Source: Candidatus Poribacteria bacterium | GTDB lineage: Bacteria; Poribacteria; WGA-4E; PCPOR2b | Reading direction: 5' to 3' | DNA length: 64,000 nt | NCBI GenBank assembly: GCA_965218095.1 | Contig: OZ244587.1 | Span: 576,001-640,000 of the forward strand | Shown here: one piece after another, positions 61,533 through 64,000 of the stretch | Numbering within the stretch: the first letter of the stretch is position 1 | Layout: the number at the start of each line of letters is the position of its first letter | The notes under the pieces: generated by a model | Database searches by the model: none | What the model was told of the DNA's origin: nothing | What the model saw: only the letters and a program-made list of their open reading frames with translations | Position numbers and translations under genes: made by a program

Positions 61533-61634
61533 ATGAGAAAATATCGAGACTATTGCTCTGTTGGAGCCGCCATAATGTCTAAGACACGGGCGATAATCCC
61601 CGTCCACAACGTGGGGCTTCTGCCACCGCTGAAC

Positions 61635-62960
61635 TCATCGGGTGTACTCATGGGGTTTCTCGCTGTCAGAGGGCCAATACCCGTCGCGGGATTGCTCCCA
61701 CAGATTCCCGCACGACCCGGAAATCACACGCCATTCAGACGCACTCAGGTCCGGATCCGGGTGGAAGAGAAACCGCTCTAACCCTGCACGCTCCGAAGCC
61801 GTCAGGATGCCATGCAGGTCTCCAGCCGTCATCGCATCGCCGGCGTGCGGACTCCGTCCCGTGGACACCCAGGCGATCACCTTATCAATGTCCCCGATAG
61901 CCTCCAACGCTCGACGCGTTTCGTTGTAGACAACCTCCGAGAAGAATTCCTCCGAAAATCCCAGTTCCATGTCCATCAGCGAGTGGACCCCCGGCAGTTC
62001 CAGCCCGAACAACGACTTCACCACGGCGAAGCAATCCTCCTCCGTCAACACCGGATTCCACTCAGAGAGCTTCCGCACCCAGCGGGCGATCGTCCCGTAC
62101 ATCCCATCAAAGCCCCGGTGCCAGTAGTAGTGTTTGGGGAAAATGTAGTCGAAGATCGATGCCATCTGCTGATAGTTCTGTCCGGTGAGCGAGGAGAAGG
62201 TCGCCGTGCGTGGAATGCCGCCCAATTCCACTTTGCGGTTCAATCTATCGACCTGGGCGCGTACAGCCTTCATGTAACCTAGCGCCGTTTCTTGGCGCGT
62301 CCGCAGCCAGTAGAGCGCGTCTTCATTGATGTCGAACAATGTCAGTGCCGCCAGCATGCCCCCCGGCGCGTGATACCGCACTAGAGATGGCGTCAGATTG
62401 TGAAGTCGTTCCCGTAAGTGCGCAATGCCACGCTCCAGACGGTCGATATCCTTTCCTAAAGCCGCAAAGCGATGCCGCTCACCCTCACGGATCTCCAACA
62501 GTTCACCGCCGTGATGGAAAGCCAATTCGTAGTGTTGTTCCCCGGGGCCGTCTATGATAACGCCGTGCGCCTGGGGATAGGCGTTCATCGTATCCTGGGC
62601 GCTGGCTGCAAACCCTACCACGCCGTAAGGATCTTCCTCCAACGGTCGCCCTCCGCCGCCTCCGGGGACGCTGAAGGTCATAATATGCCAGCCGCGGGAG
62701 GCGGCGTCGTCCAGCATGGCGTGAAGCTGTTTCTCCTTCTCCGGATCGCGTGGAGCTTCCGCCGGCGGGCTAACTCCGAATGATTCGTACACTTTGGGGT
62801 CAGGGGGGAAAGTGGGAATCGCTGTACCGTCTTCCTGCATGAACCGCAGATAACCAAACACGATGCCGCGTACACCACCGTCTTCCCAGGCGTTGAACGT
62901 GCGCTTGTAGTCGGTCATCCAGTATTCGAGCGGGCTCTGGGTAAAGATCCACGGTACCAT
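61635..62960 (-). CDS. Hypothetical protein (possible TIM-barrel, glycoside hydrolase-like)
   Basis: 441 aa, RBS AAGGAGG; 'IIDGPGE', 'FPKHYYWHRGFDG'. Confidence 0.55.
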   Translation of the reverse strand: MVPWIFTQSPLEYWMTDYKRTFNAWEDGGVRGIVFGYLRFMQEDGTAIPTFPPDPKVYESFGVSPPAEAPRDPEKEKQLHAMLDDAASRGWHIMTFSVPGGGGGRPLEEDPYGVVGFAASAQDTMNAYPQAHGVIIDGPGEQHYELAFHHGGELLEIREGERHRFAALGKDIDRLERGIAHLRERLHNLTPSLVRYHAPGGMLAALTLFDINEDALYWLRTRQETALGYMKAVRAQVDRLNRKVELGGIPRTATFSSLTGQNYQQMASIFDYIFPKHYYWHRGFDGMYGTIARWVRKLSEWNPVLTEEDCFAVVKSLFGLELPGVHSLMDMELGFSEEFFSEVVYNETRRALEAIGDIDKVIAWVSTGRSPHAGDAMTAGDLHGILTASERAGLERFLFHPDPDLSASEWRVISGSCGNLWEQSRDGYWPSDSEKPHEYTR

Positions 62961-63108
62961 AAGAACCTCCTTAAAGTTATTGAATTACGCAGTTGATTCC
63001 ACGGATTCAAGCGATGTCTGTATCTTGCATCTTGTTCTGGATTCAGGATGCAAAATGCAGGCAGGACGGGACTTGCTCAACTTAGGTGCATAATCCCTAT
63101 GAAAATTT

Positions 63109-64000
63109 CTACTCAACCGCCGGCGGCCCGGTATAGCCGATAGTCTCCCAACCAGCCACGTCGCCGCCCTTCAGTCGGTAAGGATGAGGATAGATCTTGA
63201 GAGAACGGTCTTCCAGCGGCAGAGAGATCCGCCGATGCCCCTGATGGGCGGACTGCTTTAGAACGATGGCGATTTCCAGCGCTTGGCGGTAATCGTGGCC
63301 GCTGCACTGTGCTTCCCCACCAGTATCAACGGCCCGCATCAGCCGCTCAATGGCGGAGGTAAATCTATCTTTCAGAGAGTTCTTCAAGAACTCAGGATAG
63401 ACCGGGGTCGAAGCGGCGTCCTGTCCCTGAATCAGCACGGGCTTGGGGGAGGTAATCCATACTCGCCCATTCTCCCCGGTGATGGAAACTGGACAGAACA
63501 CTCGCTGATCGGGCTTCGGCCTGGGAATGTCGCAGATGATGCCGCCGGACAGCCCCAAATGTCCATAAGCGGGAGAATCGATCTCAACCTCTGGGAATTC
63601 GACCGGCGGCATCCAGCCGGCTTCCGGCGACAACGCCCAGCCTTCAACCCAATCCACCTCCATCCCGGTGAGCAGTCGCATCATGGTCAGTTGGACGCAG
63701 CCCCCGCCCGACGCCTCTGTGGGGAGCCCGCCGGGTATGGCGGCGCTGGTCAGTCGACCGATATTTCCGTCGCGAATCCATTCAGCGGTCTCCAGCAGAT
63801 ATGGGGAGTCCCAGTAGCCAGTGCCGCAGCCGAAGGCGGTCCCACATTCCCGGCAGATACGCACCATCTCGTCTGCCTGCGACAGTTCGACGGCGATCGG
63901 CTTTTCGCACGAGACCGCCTTGACGCCGGCTTCAGCACAGGCGATGACGGTTTCGGGATTGTGGGCGACCGGGAGGATAATCGAAACGATGTCCGGAAGT
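63109..64000 (-). CDS. Gfo/Idh/MocA family oxidoreductase (5' end beyond window)
   Basis: Frame extends to the window end: 'DIVSIISPVAHNPE...SCEKPIA'. Confidence 0.8.
   Translation of the reverse strand, partial: LPDIVSIILPVAHNPETVIACAEAGVKAVSCEKPIAVELSQADEMVRICRECGTAFGCGTGYWDSPYLLETAEWIRDGNIGRLTSAAIPGGLPTEASGGGCVQLTMMRLLTGMEVDWVEGWALSPEAGWMPPVEFPEVEIDSPAYGHLGLSGGIICDIPRPKPDQRVFCPVSITGENGRVWITSPKPVLIQGQDAASTPVYPEFLKNSLKDRFTSAIERLMRAVDTGGEAQCSGHDYRQALEIAIVLKQSAHQGHRRISLPLEDRSLKIYPHPYRLKGGDVAGWETIGYTGPPAVE

Noticed and set aside
1-64000. tRNA or rRNA genes
   Set aside because: No cloverleaf or rRNA signature seen by eye; tRNAscan-SE would be decisive

Overview
Bacterial chromosomal window. 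The LRR/Ig adhesins ending in a shared 'NYPNPFNPETWIPY...RKMVILK' domain, a LamG-like protein ending 'VEP..KLTTTWG' and many PhyH, Gfo/Idh/MocA and enolase-superfamily genes suggest Ca. Poribacteria (inference). The left end (1-3.7 kb) is an integron-type cassette array: two full attC sites, a half attC, an attI-like junction and a promoter, but no integrase. It carries a type II RM pair, a GIY-YIG remnant and a TA-like pair. Two more solitary attC sites lie at 22.1 and 32.2 kb, and a group IIB intron with an inactivated RT sits next to the first. The middle holds housekeeping and catabolic genes (mutY, PPi-type pfk, TonB receptor, sulfite reductase-TusA fusion, xylB, mqnC), several IS elements, MITEs and many pseudogenes. 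The right end has a RAYT transposase with REPs, three tandem secreted adhesin genes separated by a duplicated ~340-bp regulatory unit, and an atypical glnS. The most striking signals are (i) a LRR array with a DNA-identical scaffold and four hypervariable codons per repeat, (ii) 24-30-nt hairpin elements apparently inserted in frame into proteins, and (iii) integrase-less attC cassettes. All calls are by eye; no database searches were run.
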